Positions 54,301 to 63,252 of a DNA stretch of 64,000 nt are shown here, one piece after another. A model generated the notes under the pieces. That model ran no database searches and had not been told where the DNA came from. It worked only from the letters and a program-made list of their open reading frames with translations. Made by a program: the position numbers and the translations under genes. The stretch comes from Trichomonas gallinae (lineage: Eukaryota), in assembly GCA_008369845.1 (NCBI GenBank), contig MRSU01005588.1, positions 1 through 64,000 of the forward strand, written 5' to 3'. Every line of letters begins with the position of its first letter. Position 1 is the stretch's first letter.

Positions 54301-57300
54301 ATAACGCACACATCGATGTTCTACCAGATCTCAACTCTAAGGAGCCAGCGAAGATCGAGAAGGTTGTCCCAACATCAGAAGATGCACAAAAGGTTTTGGA
54401 TTCACTTTCCAACATGATCCAAATCGCTTCTTATCTCGCTGGCCTTCCAGAAGTCACAGCAGATCCAGCCCTCTACAACGGTGTCAGCGCCGACTACCAC
54501 GCATACTATGCACAGTACAATGATGTTCAGGCAATGCTCGCTAATCCGAACGAGTCAATATATCCAATCATTCAGGATCTCATTGGCCGCTCTCAGAACA
54601 TGCACAACATTGCTATGTCTATCCCATCATATGCAAACACACCGAACTCCAGCGAATCCATTCCATCTATTATTACACACGTACAGACAATCAAGATGCC
54701 ATCAATGAAAGATGAAGCAGAAATCGTCGTCAGTTTCGAAGACGTCAAGAAGTCCCTCAAGGATTCCAAACCAACAATCAAAAAGCTTCTTGATATCATC
54801 AAAGATCTCAGAACGACAGAAGATGTCAAGGGCAGCAGGGCAACACTCCAGACACTCGATGACTGGACGAAGTCGCTCGAATCTGTTCTCAACAAGATCG
54901 AGATCCACAGCACAGATGCAAACTACACGAAGCAGATGGCTATGAACGACAAGGAAGCACTTCTTGTCGCTCAAAGGAAGATGGTCGTCATCCCACTCAA
55001 AGTCAGGCAGACATTGCAGAAGGATCAGATCGAAGACCTCACACCAGCACTCGAGCAGTTTAACACTGCTGCTCTTGGCTCTATTGCTTTGATCAGAAAC
55101 CTTCCACGCTCAAAGAAGATCGAGTTGAAGAAGTTCACACTTCCACACATCGAAATCGATACAGAAGTCGATGACCTCGTCGGCATGTTAGTTGACTACT
55201 CTAAGGAAGTCAACAAGATCATCGACATCGTCATCAACCTTCCACAAGTCCATGACTCATTGAACGCACTCAACCTCATCAACCAGATGAAGCAGAGCTT
55301 CACATACATCGACTACGAAGCACTTCGTGGACTCGATGAAGAAGACTTCATGGAGAAGTTGGTTTCTATCCACAACACAATTCCAGCATTGATTGCATCG
55401 GCTGAAATCCTTCAACCTCTCCTCGACAACGATGCTCTTACCGTTGCACTCAAGGGATTCAACGATCTCGCAAACAGCTCATACAAGATGATCTCAGTTC
55501 CACACATGAACACACACAAGTCTGCGGAGTTCCAGAGCCAGATCCTTCCACATCTTCAGCACGCGGACCAGATGATCACAGAAGCATACAAGATCGCAGA
55601 AATCAAGACAAACGTCAAACTCGTCAACCAGCTTCGTGGTGTCCATCATCTCATCAAGTCAAGCATCACAGAGCTTCCAACACTCAAGCCTCGTCTTGTT
55701 CAGACAAGATGCGACGACATCTATGGCTCCGTTTGCCAGGTCTTGCCGTCATTATACGATGCAGGCAACTTCGACAATCTTGAACGCAGCTTGCAGAACC
55801 TCGGCTTCATCGCTGAGAACTACACTGCTCTTCCAACTCAGCGCAAGGGTAAGACAGAAATACTCGTCTACAAGGACAAGCTCATTGAAGACCAGGCACT
55901 CAAGCACCTCGTCGAATCTCTCAAGGATAACTTGACGAGCGACCTCAATGAGTTCACGAACGAATTGAAACAGAACATCAAGGAATCTCTCAAGGTCATC
56001 CACGATCACCAGAACAGTGTCTCACCATCTGTTACACTCGCAGTCAACGAATTGATCAACTTAATCAACCGTAACAACGACACAGCAATAATCCCAGCAG
56101 CAAAAGTCATCAACAATGTTAGCAACAGCTACGACGAAAGAACAGAGAACCAGGCAGAAATTGCCCTTTCATCAACAGTTGCTGCCTCAATGCAGCTCTT
56201 GAAGATGATCAAGGCTATGAAGTATCTTCAGGACCAGATCCACGACAACGCAAGAAAGTTTGGCTCAGATGTCTTTTATTACACAGAGCGTGCTAACAAC
56301 AACATCAAGGATGCTGATGCCAAGCTCCTTGTCGAATGCCAGACACTTCCAGCAGCTATTCTCAACATCGACAACCTCCACAAGAACAGAGCAGACATTG
56401 CTCTTGTTATTCAGTCTCTCGAGGGCAACGAGCTCGTTAAGGGCATCGTTCAGCCACTCGAAGAATCTTTGGTTACATTCAGCGACAACGTTCATGCTGC
56501 TGACTCTTCATTCGCATCAATTCTCCTCAACAATCTCGAGAGAATCGCATGCCCACTCGATAAGATGAACATCGTCAGCCCACAGACATCATCACAAGAG
56601 ATGCTCAATTTCTTAACGAACATCATCCCGATCATCAGATCAATCGACAGACAGAGAATTGTCGGTCGCCAGGAGCTCATGAACGTTTGCAGGATCTACA
56701 AGGACTTCGTTGCTAATGTTTATGGAACAATCAACTTCATCAAATCCAAGTACCAGAAGCCAGTTGACGAAGCCATCAAGGCTCTTGAAAAGTACAAGAA
56801 CATGATAGACATGTACTCAGAGCCACCAACATTCTCAGACAGAGCAGAAGCTATTTCTCACTTACTTGCTACTTCTGTCCTCGCCAAGAAGTCTTTGGCT
56901 TCTGTAGCACAAGATGCACAACAGAACCCAGAGAGCGCTGGCACAGTTCTTTCTCCAACAACTGACATCATCGACGAACTCGTATTGACACATTCTATTG
57001 CAGAGCAGTACGGATTCAAAGATGAAGAGACAAAGGCCAAGATCACAGAGGCATCGCAAAAGATGTCTAAGATCTATAAGGAAACATCCAAGCATGAATT
57101 CGGCCAGACAGCTCAAGATGTTACAGCTCTCGCTAAAGTTCTTAATGACTTAATTGTCACAGTCAACGGCAAGCAGGAGATTGACTTCGAATCTGCTGAC
57201 AGCAACATCAACTTCAAGGATGTCAACGCTGAGCTTTATTTGTCTTCAATCACAGATCAGTCATGCTACAACCTCGCTTTGCAGTCCAACCAGCTCCTTC

Positions 57301-60300
57301 AGAACCTCAAGACACAGATGATGCAGCTCAAGCAGGCTCGCGTCCACAGTGGAAAGCAGTCACAGAATGTCACAGAGATTCTCAAGAAGCAGTCAACACA
57401 GAGCGCATTGGCAGCTTCTTCACTTTCAATTGCTCTCAACCCAACACTCGCCTTCACATCACTAGACGCATCTATCATCGCTCCATCCGTCATTCAGTCA
57501 ATGGAGTATGGCGCAGTTTATGCTGCAGCCGTTCCAATCCTCCAGCAGCCAAAGCTTTCAGAGTCCAACACACGCCTTCTAATCTCACAGAGACTCGAAG
57601 CACTTAGACAGAAGGAGTTGACAGAATTCCCAGACACAGTCAAGATGCTCTCATCCAAGCAAACATTCAAGTTCACATCAGATGAGATCACTGATGCTGT
57701 TATGTCCATCCAATCTCTCTTGAATTCATTCAATGAAGGCACTAAGATTGAAGAAGCACTCTCTCGTCTTACACCATCCCAGGTTCTTGTCCAGCAGCAT
57801 GTTCTCAAGTTTGCTCTCGACGGAATCAAGAACAACATGATCGACACAGGTATCGTCACATCCAGCGAAGGCCTTTCTGCTAACAAGCTCAATTTACTCG
57901 AAGCAGCTGCACACAAACAGGCACAGAACCCATCCAAGCTCAATGTTAGGACAGTCAACGATGTCAACAACGCTTTCGTTAAGAACATGGCTATTGTCAA
58001 CGTCTTAGAGTCGCTTATTTCTATCACACAGCAGCAAATCGCCGAAGTCCCAGAGCTTTGTAGATTCATCAACACACCAGAAGGGCAGTCGATCTTCAAG
58101 AGCCCACTTGACGCTGGCCAGATCATCGAAGCACAGCAACAAGTCCTCAGACAAGTTGCTCTCGCTGACAGCCAGGAGAACCTCGCAGCATACACAAGGA
58201 CATTCACACCAGCACAGCTCATCAACCAGCAGAGAATCATTTCTCACACAGTCTCCATGCTCACAGCCGATGATGTCTACACAATCATCAATGATCCAAA
58301 CGTTGGTACAACACCAATGGAAATCCTTAAGGCTGCAAACCTCAAGGTCCAAGACAAGCTCAAGAACAACGAAGAGAACAACAAGCAGACAGCTTTGATT
58401 GAAACAGACAATGTTTCTAAGCTTCAAGAGTTCTGCAATGATATGATGGAGCGCTTACTTCTTGCCCAAGCTCTCATGACAGTTCAAGCAACACACGATG
58501 CTGCTTTACCAGGCTTACATCAGCAGCTTGAAGCTATTGATGTTGCACAGCCAATTAACGGCCAGTTCCTTGAGCAGCTCGTTCCAATCCTCAAGACAGA
58601 AATCGAGTATTGCAACTCTCCACAGCAGTTCGCTGAAGTCCTCGCTCAGATGAAGCCAGAGGACATCCAATCCCAGCAACCATACATCGCATTCCTTGCT
58701 GGTGCCCTTACAACACTTCCTCGCAATGAGCTCTGTAGCGCATCTTCTGTACCATTCAAGAGCAGCGCAGACGACATCATCGAGAAAATCATTAACTCTG
58801 TTACAGACATTTTGACAGAAGCACCTGAATTGCTTACAGATGTTGATCCAATCAGCAGCGAGACAAACTTCGAGGACTTCACGAACCACTTGATGGTCTT
58901 GAATTCCTGCATGACTGCAACAAACATGGAGAGAATCATCTCACAGATCCGTGCCAACAACGCAATGATTGATCAAGTTGGCCAGGCACAGAATGTTCAG
59001 CAAGTCTTCTCATCCTTCACAAACCAAGATGCAGACAATGTTCGCGAGAATTTGCTTGTTCTCTATGATCTCGTAAACCAGTCAACAGAGGAACTCGATC
59101 AAGCTGTCAAGCAGCTCAGTGAACAGGAGATCCACCAGTCTTACTGCATGTTGATCACTGAACTCCTCAGAGTCAGCAACATCGACAACATCACACAGAA
59201 GGTTAAGGCTCGCAGTGCAGAAACAAGAATCTTCGACCGCTCTCTTCTCATCCAGTCTGAGCCACAGAAGGGGATCGCGCAGCAGCCAATTGCTTCTGTT
59301 TTACCTGATGTTCAAGCAATCGACCCTGAAGTTCTCGAAGAATACAAGAGCTTGGCAAAGGCCTCATTCTCCAGCAACATGACAAGACTTGCTGTCGAGT
59401 ACAACAAGGCTCTCAACAAGCCACTTCCACAGATCCAGGAGCTTTTAGTCCAGCAGCAGGGCAAGTTCGATTTGGCCAAGTTGAACGAACTCGAGCAAAT
59501 AGTTTATCAGCAGATCTACACAATCGGACAAGATGAGCCACAAGTTCTCGCTCAGATCTCTCAGATGTCTGATGAAGACAAAGTTCTCACACAGTCTCTC
59601 ATCATGAACATCTCACAACTCGCTGAATCTGCTCAGTACATGGATGCAGTCTGCACAAACATCAACTTCCTTCCAGCTGATTTAGATGATCCAAAGGTCA
59701 TCGATCAGACAAACCAAGTCTCTGCTGCAACAATAGCAATGAACTTGATCCAGTACCAGCAGCAGATGCTCCAACAGTCCACACACTTTGTCACACAGAT
59801 GCCACTTCCAAACGCAGCAGTTCTCGAGAAGAACGTCGCTGCAGCTAAGGAAATCCAGAACCGCTCACTCATCACATCCAAGCTTGCAACTCTCCAGAAG
59901 CAACTCCTCACAAAGAGCCCAGAACTCCATGGTCTCGTCGAACAATCGAAGCAGAATGGATCAGTTAAGATCAACATTTCTCCAGAGTTACTCGTCCAGC
60001 TTCAAGGAGAAGTCAAGTCTTTGGTTTCCACATCTGCTACAGCATCAAGAATTGTTCCACTTGCAGCAGGCGACAGCGATGACAACATCAAGCGCCTTGC
60101 TGTTATCAACAACCTCGTTTCAATTGTCAAACCACATACAACTGTTATCACACCAATAACATCCTTGGAGAACTTCCAGTCAATCTTCGACGACAAGTAT
60201 AATGCTGCAACAGTTCCTGTTTCAGTCAGCTTAATCGTCGTCAACAAGCCAAGGACACAGCTCATGGCCACAGCATCGGCTGCTCAGACAGCTGCTGGAT

Positions 60301-62909
60301 TGTTGCCAATCCTCGCTCAGTTTTCATCACTTCCAATTTCTGAATGCTTCAACATCTTCTCATCTGAGAACACAGAAGCAATCAAGCTGATCCAGAAGCT
60401 CATGACACCAATTTCTCAGCAAGATCGCGACTTATACGTCCAACAGCTTGCTGACCTTACACCACAGCTCACTGCTTCACTCGCAAGAGTCATGACAACA
60501 ATCGACAATGCTGCTCTCAAGGAACGCTTGGTCAAGGATATCGCATCTCTCGTCCAGGTCGTCAACGAGATCCAGATCTCATCAGTAGACTTGAAGAACC
60601 AGGAGAACTTGTTGAGATACAGGCAGATGTGCAGCATGATGCTCCAGATGGTGAAGAACCTCGACGCAGGCATCGTCCAGCCAAAGACAGCCAACTTCGA
60701 GATCAGGCCACTCAACACTCTCGCAAACGTCTGCAAGTCTCTTCAGGCGAAGGACATCGAGAGAATCCACACAGAAATTATCGAATTGCATGCAATGAAG
60801 ACAGCATCAGTCGCACTCAACCTCCAGGAACCAATCCTCGATGCACAGCTCGCAACACTTTCACAGATCGAACAGTACGTACAGAACTATTACATCTCAG
60901 GCAACGGTGCAGATTCCAATATCGTCAAGTTGCTTGAAGATTCTGAAAAGAAGACAGTTGATCTCATCAACTCTCAGACACAGAATCCATTCAAGATGAT
61001 CGACGCCATTTCAACACCTGCACAAGTTATAGAAATCTTCGATGCTTCTCGTAAGTCAATCGATACCGCAACAGGCAACCTCATCAGTGCAAACTACAAC
61101 AGAGACTCTCGTCGCACGAATGAGCTTATCAGCGACATCATCAAGAGCGTCTCTGACAGCCAGGCAGCAATGTTCCGTGGAATCGATATCATAGCTACAA
61201 CCCGCGCACCAGTCTACACTGACTTCATGCAGATGATCAACAGCAGCATGAGCGCAATGAACTCTATTGTTGAAATCGGAAAGAGCTCTGCAGTATCAAG
61301 CACACAGATCAAGCGTGCAACACGTTCATTCAGCAGACTCATCAACTCACTTCAAGACATAATCGAAGAGCCAGAGACAGCCAAGGAAGAACAAAAGCAG
61401 TCTAAGCTCGATGCAGCTCGTCTTGATTTCGTCAAGAACCTCGCACACAGTGCAATGAACGTCATTACAACCGTTTCTACGAATGCAACATCAAAGATCC
61501 CAGAATCATTCAACGCAATCATGCAACAAGAGAAGCCACGCCTTGACAGCTCACTCGCAGCGTTGTATACATCATTTGACGGCCTTGTTTCAATCAACAC
61601 AGATGCATCAGTATCCAACGATTTCACTAATGAGTTCAACCAGCTCTACTCATCATTCAACATGTTCAATGACACAATCTCTGCAAAGGCACCATCACTC
61701 GAGCGCGTCACACAGTTGTTGGTTCGCATCGTTGATAACGTTTCGCACACAATCAACCAGATGGACAAGCTGACAGACGTTGTTCAGAGAGTCCCAGATA
61801 TGGAGAACGCAGAGAAACTTCCAAAGGGATTCACTTTGCCACCAGTTCCAGACACATCCAACACAACAATCCAGACAGCAGTTCCAGCATACGAGCAGTC
61901 AGTTCAGAAATATTCAGCCGCAGAAGCCAAGTTTTACAAGACATTGGAGTCGAAGAAGGTCTCCAACAAGGATCTCGTAGACGCAATGCTTCCATTCCAC
62001 GAGGCAATCAAGAACCTCACAGAATCACTTTTGGGTGTCTCTGCTACAGTTCTCAGCCTCGAAGGACAGCGCCAGCTTACATCATTCGCATCAACAATCT
62101 CAACAAGCTTTGATGCACTTCTCAACTCGCTCAGAGACAGATTCTTGCTCAAGGGTGATTTCGACGTCGTCTCGCAGAAGAGCCGCGAAGAAATCAAGAA
62201 CGTTGTCACAACAGCTATCGCTGTCAGCCGTGCAGCCCTCAAGAGGCACGAAGAAGAGCAGCGCCAGTATGCAGCTGTCGTTGCCAAGTACACTGCTGTC
62301 ACAACACCACTCACAAACTACAAGGCTCGCCTCGAGCAGACAATGGTCAGCGTCCAGGCGATGCCGACAACAATGGCATCAGAGCTCGCTACAACAATGA
62401 TCAAGCCATGCCAGGGCATTTCTCAGGCATTGCAGCACTTATTCTTGTTCTCCAAGGACCACGATGGCTCAATCAGAAATGCAGACGCAATGATTCAGGC
62501 GGGTACAGCTCTCAACAACGAGCTTATTGCAGCACAAGAGGCAATCAACAAGGTTGTCAGTGGAGAGCCACAGCCTGAAGCTATTACAGCTGCTGCAATG
62601 AAGAAAGTTGCAGAGTCAATTGCAAACTTCATCAAAGTCACAGAAACAAAGAACACAGACGCAAAGAAGCTTCTCGACATCATCGGAACGTTCGGCCAGG
62701 CTTGCGGAGGCATTGCTAGAACGTCCGAGGAAGCACTCGCAATCAAGAAGCAGCGCGTAGAGAGACAGGCTGCCGGTATCAGAGTCTTAGGCGGAGCTAA
62801 GGTTATTCCAAAGGCATCCATGATGAAGAGACTCGATCTCGAATCAAGAGTCATCAAGGCAAGAATGATTCTCGAAAGATCAGAGAAGTTGCTCGCAGCG
62901 ATGAACTAA
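45393..62909 (+). CDS. Giant talin-like protein: five tandem FERM heads, helical rod, C-terminal I/LWEQ-like domain (5838 aa)
   Basis: Five ~360-390-aa repeats, each with W-xxx-D/T, DIT, EQ...RR(F/Y), and YIxxxRxLPxFG-type motifs similar to the talin head. Ala/Leu/Gln-rich rod. C-terminus EAINKVVSG..AMKKVAESIANF..LDLESRVIKARMILERSEKLL resembles talin R13 plus dimerisation helix. Confidence 0.82.
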   Translation: MDGVVTLYTVSQEAPENYQPFQYYLDYTGDEAIQTAKHYLGVPPEFACNAYIQKGDGSTFWLDMTQTLRAQGLEMGNVIGLQYIATPQIDVGQQMAQPVTQEYFQQIPGVEPQYMQPNDPYQMQQVSNFDPVALQSPELNSVQDFMLPEFDSSALAFNSMVGDFTVPSWFQSNNDFNDAAQFATGMFANINFNFAMQEPDSLQVSQSITANAINMEDAEYTIVGSTTDEYEFNINSSIADFNSGLGWGAASGEGGPGEEFTEDVVTIQTFMQFKEPGTKVIYRLSDNPQEALSMALMTMGKDQDEEFALLIIGEAITDDGTPESNWFDGDKLLSDFQPNPKFEIHIFPKYMPVTVHTQHYNSHKLNLDITKKVGDLVGDVAQELNLDSFHCFTLCSLETQNSPKYMSIEKSIPEQTKYLKEVLFIRQYYLFTVEDITTMEQAIYAFEDAKELANKSSLELRKEEILRYAALNYVATNKGKTSDVPDDVSPYLPDKYAKKGRGAGKGEHVQKFIDKYKQYFDHFNAIKNFIGFLRHVPGFASQKFECHFTTKFRGEDVDLNVVVEINPYRLNIYNRENGMLEENVSYSEIIYVQCVDTLDVRFAPGPGKNALYQFECNKVEQMYKLISRYREITNRIYTDRAKKYANKGDFQSLITEKGTIYLGTTTDLSDANIKEYRYDKKFTGGILRKAAENYLNIPEDENHVCLIHLVDTVYRWAKEDDILQTYSLQDGMVVYILNRYKEIRIHYPDDTVKTVRVDITLSIEEITKFLFKKARLPVMLGYTLWWPDAKKNLVPLDFRMTLPEQVDDYKELYFRRRFYVLSAEVLQSTASAVQTVIECKKYIEEQNYKLEDNQLINLGMNYLYAIGTRNIRKGKFDLQDYVPKANTISQSLNQEFNHLLNDAKDTTQLSAAKKYIALVRGLPDFGVEKFKFSSYRDDFGKGQVIKKGYLFIGPFGVQILDPNEKPVFERIPYRQVKSYSASPNNFKIIFAVHRHTVTGFIRIRDSSQVDMMITYNIKLNHDLQILNKERKMEQALETALRLSGGWKDEQGRVHGPMLDFRIGVWGDPQLKETTWFDLETPQPKVLETSLIVTNLDQKEQWATLVQVVKGVNKWLLPDMILSDVHPYRDAIIYVHPAKLLIKFIVSDKRTKVIEIVTTKTVEELIPMIGDKFKIKNTLGYALFAPERKEKLRTLDNYKTITEQINKVADLYFRRFFFVISKSELEDPDSLLDLYYDVKQLVLEGKVDMKLPLALELAYYSIIAEHENPSTSHIAEDLSTMLPAGMQYHKKSRNEIVEMLKKNQIKTTREGMLKYINAARALPTFGATKHNCTFIQRDDKKVAEIPAVILVGPSRVFVVGKARKEQLAEAEYRHYIRTEFTDSELLIKYSSDKDTASQHILVRASDPSIIATFVTKHINILQQLLHRRVSELDPNADPVTSKERVILRTSRGWKIKENDPIQAYDMRYSGIQVLARARKHLKLTENISYSPLLQLTDDEFRWIAPDDLLGNYFPCDYMILQIFPTLVQLKVHLENQPTVTVTVDITKPLHELISQIADRLFIDYAIGYTLWIERPNKSPLPLDLCLSIPEQVAEPTDFLVKRRFFSWTKEDRQQDFVVRSIYPDVKANILSGIPTLQDSRPQELAIYSIYAENRGIKDPQQLKIPEVKDLFPSNTKKDKINMDNIKKYIRTNPVMKQLIALKKYILVAKNCNNFGSEIFNCTIYDDVRIKTPADIKIAIGPIGVGFQGSYMKTNSDGTETPAKLNERISYQYIHDYFLMVDHVTIRVSQANGKIRSFQIQSRKAKEIFSLLKQYIEIINKIIKARERLQAQNEDFKKKITGKIDFPIKIPVTRRLDHPNPPQFKFGRNFTGHEIMELSLYYFALPQEVDKWCLLYRSEKIENEETKKVYHWFRPTQKLQEYNPTPGDLIILLPLKPSVTVETEHGLSHTFNLDVTQPILEHTKETNEFFKIGSNLGFTFYDKLEDDSFHPLDFTRSIPTQTQYFSNIMLRRRFFIFTYEMFDDPESVMSIYMDTKLFIVQGKLVVNVEKAIDLAILSLYAETDDTAKVLEKANSMKVEQIQELFPKAIDVDQNLAEKFSKAVTVQPPLDKINAAKAYINNTMMMPGYGEEIYDVRYTYIEEMGDSQEDDGRISVSPRSILILTNQGQIIGEIFYPFLSEWNLYDKNKMIPFTHLQDINPDTFIQFDYTDFSAMHYTVRIESKQIENIASYVSNLLEILGWENIGHIIDYNQGLNFNREVHVDETYLLDEDFFHHNFDNIETIEINLDHTFKIDLDDDDDERNFTFNVNTNFNEQEFNEDAGDSIMDDDLEWRANPDGLQYQRTKNLLDMIELELQISPEDIEKLNPTQFFQQLATLNDSINQFTTECTNDDLRDRFLNIRTSIDTLCDTTQNIVQNDQEIRPFVDIIHTQLAQALQFIPVARSQSDWMFDNFKVQIKEKSQQVTTGPNKKDMPELSKSLIMISDAQESIADTLLRNSGLLKIMNIDTMDLQDRLRNTSATLTRLSATLTEQKNLMMIAPHLIPQVTSATNALQEIQEILDTVKANDVSIADLGEAQTKLRTLLAAAQKQIREQAVNQPELTRRAVIIMGNDNSIPETISGLEDIPTSSIKELPEAAQGLTNTAIDAIEELKKNLTQLKLNQTSEAARLEAIASLHRTSDSVKDALVQLRKIGLGTVQDSLILKLSNIEKLVANELDLVSTKNITPVSVAKVNDDLTYMLNFFARMKPSAVAQLNENDQMVLNKLKDYQFNLAQQQSALMVNTIDPNAVSRAQSILIQLKQEFPDISISISHMASIANDAKLPIIIERLDMNINKSLTDPIVQGENLSACEYVLKMQEANYATANLLNELANIKNLPSVAEDQELAERCARAIEMSQKAYLDLNDIRNDVVPNPFSRKSLDRTYEVIVKNVSAMNEIKVLAHRVADVAQNVRIDQLTDDIIANYNAVIHGLDNAHIDVLPDLNSKEPAKIEKVVPTSEDAQKVLDSLSNMIQIASYLAGLPEVTADPALYNGVSADYHAYYAQYNDVQAMLANPNESIYPIIQDLIGRSQNMHNIAMSIPSYANTPNSSESIPSIITHVQTIKMPSMKDEAEIVVSFEDVKKSLKDSKPTIKKLLDIIKDLRTTEDVKGSRATLQTLDDWTKSLESVLNKIEIHSTDANYTKQMAMNDKEALLVAQRKMVVIPLKVRQTLQKDQIEDLTPALEQFNTAALGSIALIRNLPRSKKIELKKFTLPHIEIDTEVDDLVGMLVDYSKEVNKIIDIVINLPQVHDSLNALNLINQMKQSFTYIDYEALRGLDEEDFMEKLVSIHNTIPALIASAEILQPLLDNDALTVALKGFNDLANSSYKMISVPHMNTHKSAEFQSQILPHLQHADQMITEAYKIAEIKTNVKLVNQLRGVHHLIKSSITELPTLKPRLVQTRCDDIYGSVCQVLPSLYDAGNFDNLERSLQNLGFIAENYTALPTQRKGKTEILVYKDKLIEDQALKHLVESLKDNLTSDLNEFTNELKQNIKESLKVIHDHQNSVSPSVTLAVNELINLINRNNDTAIIPAAKVINNVSNSYDERTENQAEIALSSTVAASMQLLKMIKAMKYLQDQIHDNARKFGSDVFYYTERANNNIKDADAKLLVECQTLPAAILNIDNLHKNRADIALVIQSLEGNELVKGIVQPLEESLVTFSDNVHAADSSFASILLNNLERIACPLDKMNIVSPQTSSQEMLNFLTNIIPIIRSIDRQRIVGRQELMNVCRIYKDFVANVYGTINFIKSKYQKPVDEAIKALEKYKNMIDMYSEPPTFSDRAEAISHLLATSVLAKKSLASVAQDAQQNPESAGTVLSPTTDIIDELVLTHSIAEQYGFKDEETKAKITEASQKMSKIYKETSKHEFGQTAQDVTALAKVLNDLIVTVNGKQEIDFESADSNINFKDVNAELYLSSITDQSCYNLALQSNQLLQNLKTQMMQLKQARVHSGKQSQNVTEILKKQSTQSALAASSLSIALNPTLAFTSLDASIIAPSVIQSMEYGAVYAAAVPILQQPKLSESNTRLLISQRLEALRQKELTEFPDTVKMLSSKQTFKFTSDEITDAVMSIQSLLNSFNEGTKIEEALSRLTPSQVLVQQHVLKFALDGIKNNMIDTGIVTSSEGLSANKLNLLEAAAHKQAQNPSKLNVRTVNDVNNAFVKNMAIVNVLESLISITQQQIAEVPELCRFINTPEGQSIFKSPLDAGQIIEAQQQVLRQVALADSQENLAAYTRTFTPAQLINQQRIISHTVSMLTADDVYTIINDPNVGTTPMEILKAANLKVQDKLKNNEENNKQTALIETDNVSKLQEFCNDMMERLLLAQALMTVQATHDAALPGLHQQLEAIDVAQPINGQFLEQLVPILKTEIEYCNSPQQFAEVLAQMKPEDIQSQQPYIAFLAGALTTLPRNELCSASSVPFKSSADDIIEKIINSVTDILTEAPELLTDVDPISSETNFEDFTNHLMVLNSCMTATNMERIISQIRANNAMIDQVGQAQNVQQVFSSFTNQDADNVRENLLVLYDLVNQSTEELDQAVKQLSEQEIHQSYCMLITELLRVSNIDNITQKVKARSAETRIFDRSLLIQSEPQKGIAQQPIASVLPDVQAIDPEVLEEYKSLAKASFSSNMTRLAVEYNKALNKPLPQIQELLVQQQGKFDLAKLNELEQIVYQQIYTIGQDEPQVLAQISQMSDEDKVLTQSLIMNISQLAESAQYMDAVCTNINFLPADLDDPKVIDQTNQVSAATIAMNLIQYQQQMLQQSTHFVTQMPLPNAAVLEKNVAAAKEIQNRSLITSKLATLQKQLLTKSPELHGLVEQSKQNGSVKINISPELLVQLQGEVKSLVSTSATASRIVPLAAGDSDDNIKRLAVINNLVSIVKPHTTVITPITSLENFQSIFDDKYNAATVPVSVSLIVVNKPRTQLMATASAAQTAAGLLPILAQFSSLPISECFNIFSSENTEAIKLIQKLMTPISQQDRDLYVQQLADLTPQLTASLARVMTTIDNAALKERLVKDIASLVQVVNEIQISSVDLKNQENLLRYRQMCSMMLQMVKNLDAGIVQPKTANFEIRPLNTLANVCKSLQAKDIERIHTEIIELHAMKTASVALNLQEPILDAQLATLSQIEQYVQNYYISGNGADSNIVKLLEDSEKKTVDLINSQTQNPFKMIDAISTPAQVIEIFDASRKSIDTATGNLISANYNRDSRRTNELISDIIKSVSDSQAAMFRGIDIIATTRAPVYTDFMQMINSSMSAMNSIVEIGKSSAVSSTQIKRATRSFSRLINSLQDIIEEPETAKEEQKQSKLDAARLDFVKNLAHSAMNVITTVSTNATSKIPESFNAIMQQEKPRLDSSLAALYTSFDGLVSINTDASVSNDFTNEFNQLYSSFNMFNDTISAKAPSLERVTQLLVRIVDNVSHTINQMDKLTDVVQRVPDMENAEKLPKGFTLPPVPDTSNTTIQTAVPAYEQSVQKYSAAEAKFYKTLESKKVSNKDLVDAMLPFHEAIKNLTESLLGVSATVLSLEGQRQLTSFASTISTSFDALLNSLRDRFLLKGDFDVVSQKSREEIKNVVTTAIAVSRAALKRHEEEQRQYAAVVAKYTAVTTPLTNYKARLEQTMVSVQAMPTTMASELATTMIKPCQGISQALQHLFLFSKDHDGSIRNADAMIQAGTALNNELIAAQEAINKVVSGEPQPEAITAAAMKKVAESIANFIKVTETKNTDAKKLLDIIGTFGQACGGIARTSEEALAIKKQRVERQAAGIRVLGGAKVIPKASMMKRLDLESRVIKARMILERSEKLLAAMN

Positions 62910-63252
62910 GCCTTTTATTTTTATTTCATTTTTATTTTTGCGCTTTTTTTAAAATAATTCATGAATTTTTATTATCGCTACAATTTTCTTTGATTATCAA
63001 TTAATTCAACTATTTACTAAAATCAAATGAATATGAAAACATTCCGAGTTGATTTGGAATATGATAAAAAATAAAAATATTTTAATTTTGGATAATTTTC
63101 ATGTTTGTAAAGATATTTCTATTCTAGTGGTATTAAGTATTATGATGAATGTAATGATTTTAGGTAAAATGAATTATTTGAGAAATGTGAATTGTCAGAC
63201 AATTGTCATTTGACGATTTTACGTGGCAGAATGAAGTCATTAAATTTCAGAA

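Noticed and set aside
45564..62857. Dozens of overlapping short ORFs (Ser/Thr/Arg-rich or antisense) inside the talin-like gene
   Set aside because: Expected by-product of strong codon bias in the main frame; no recognisable domains.
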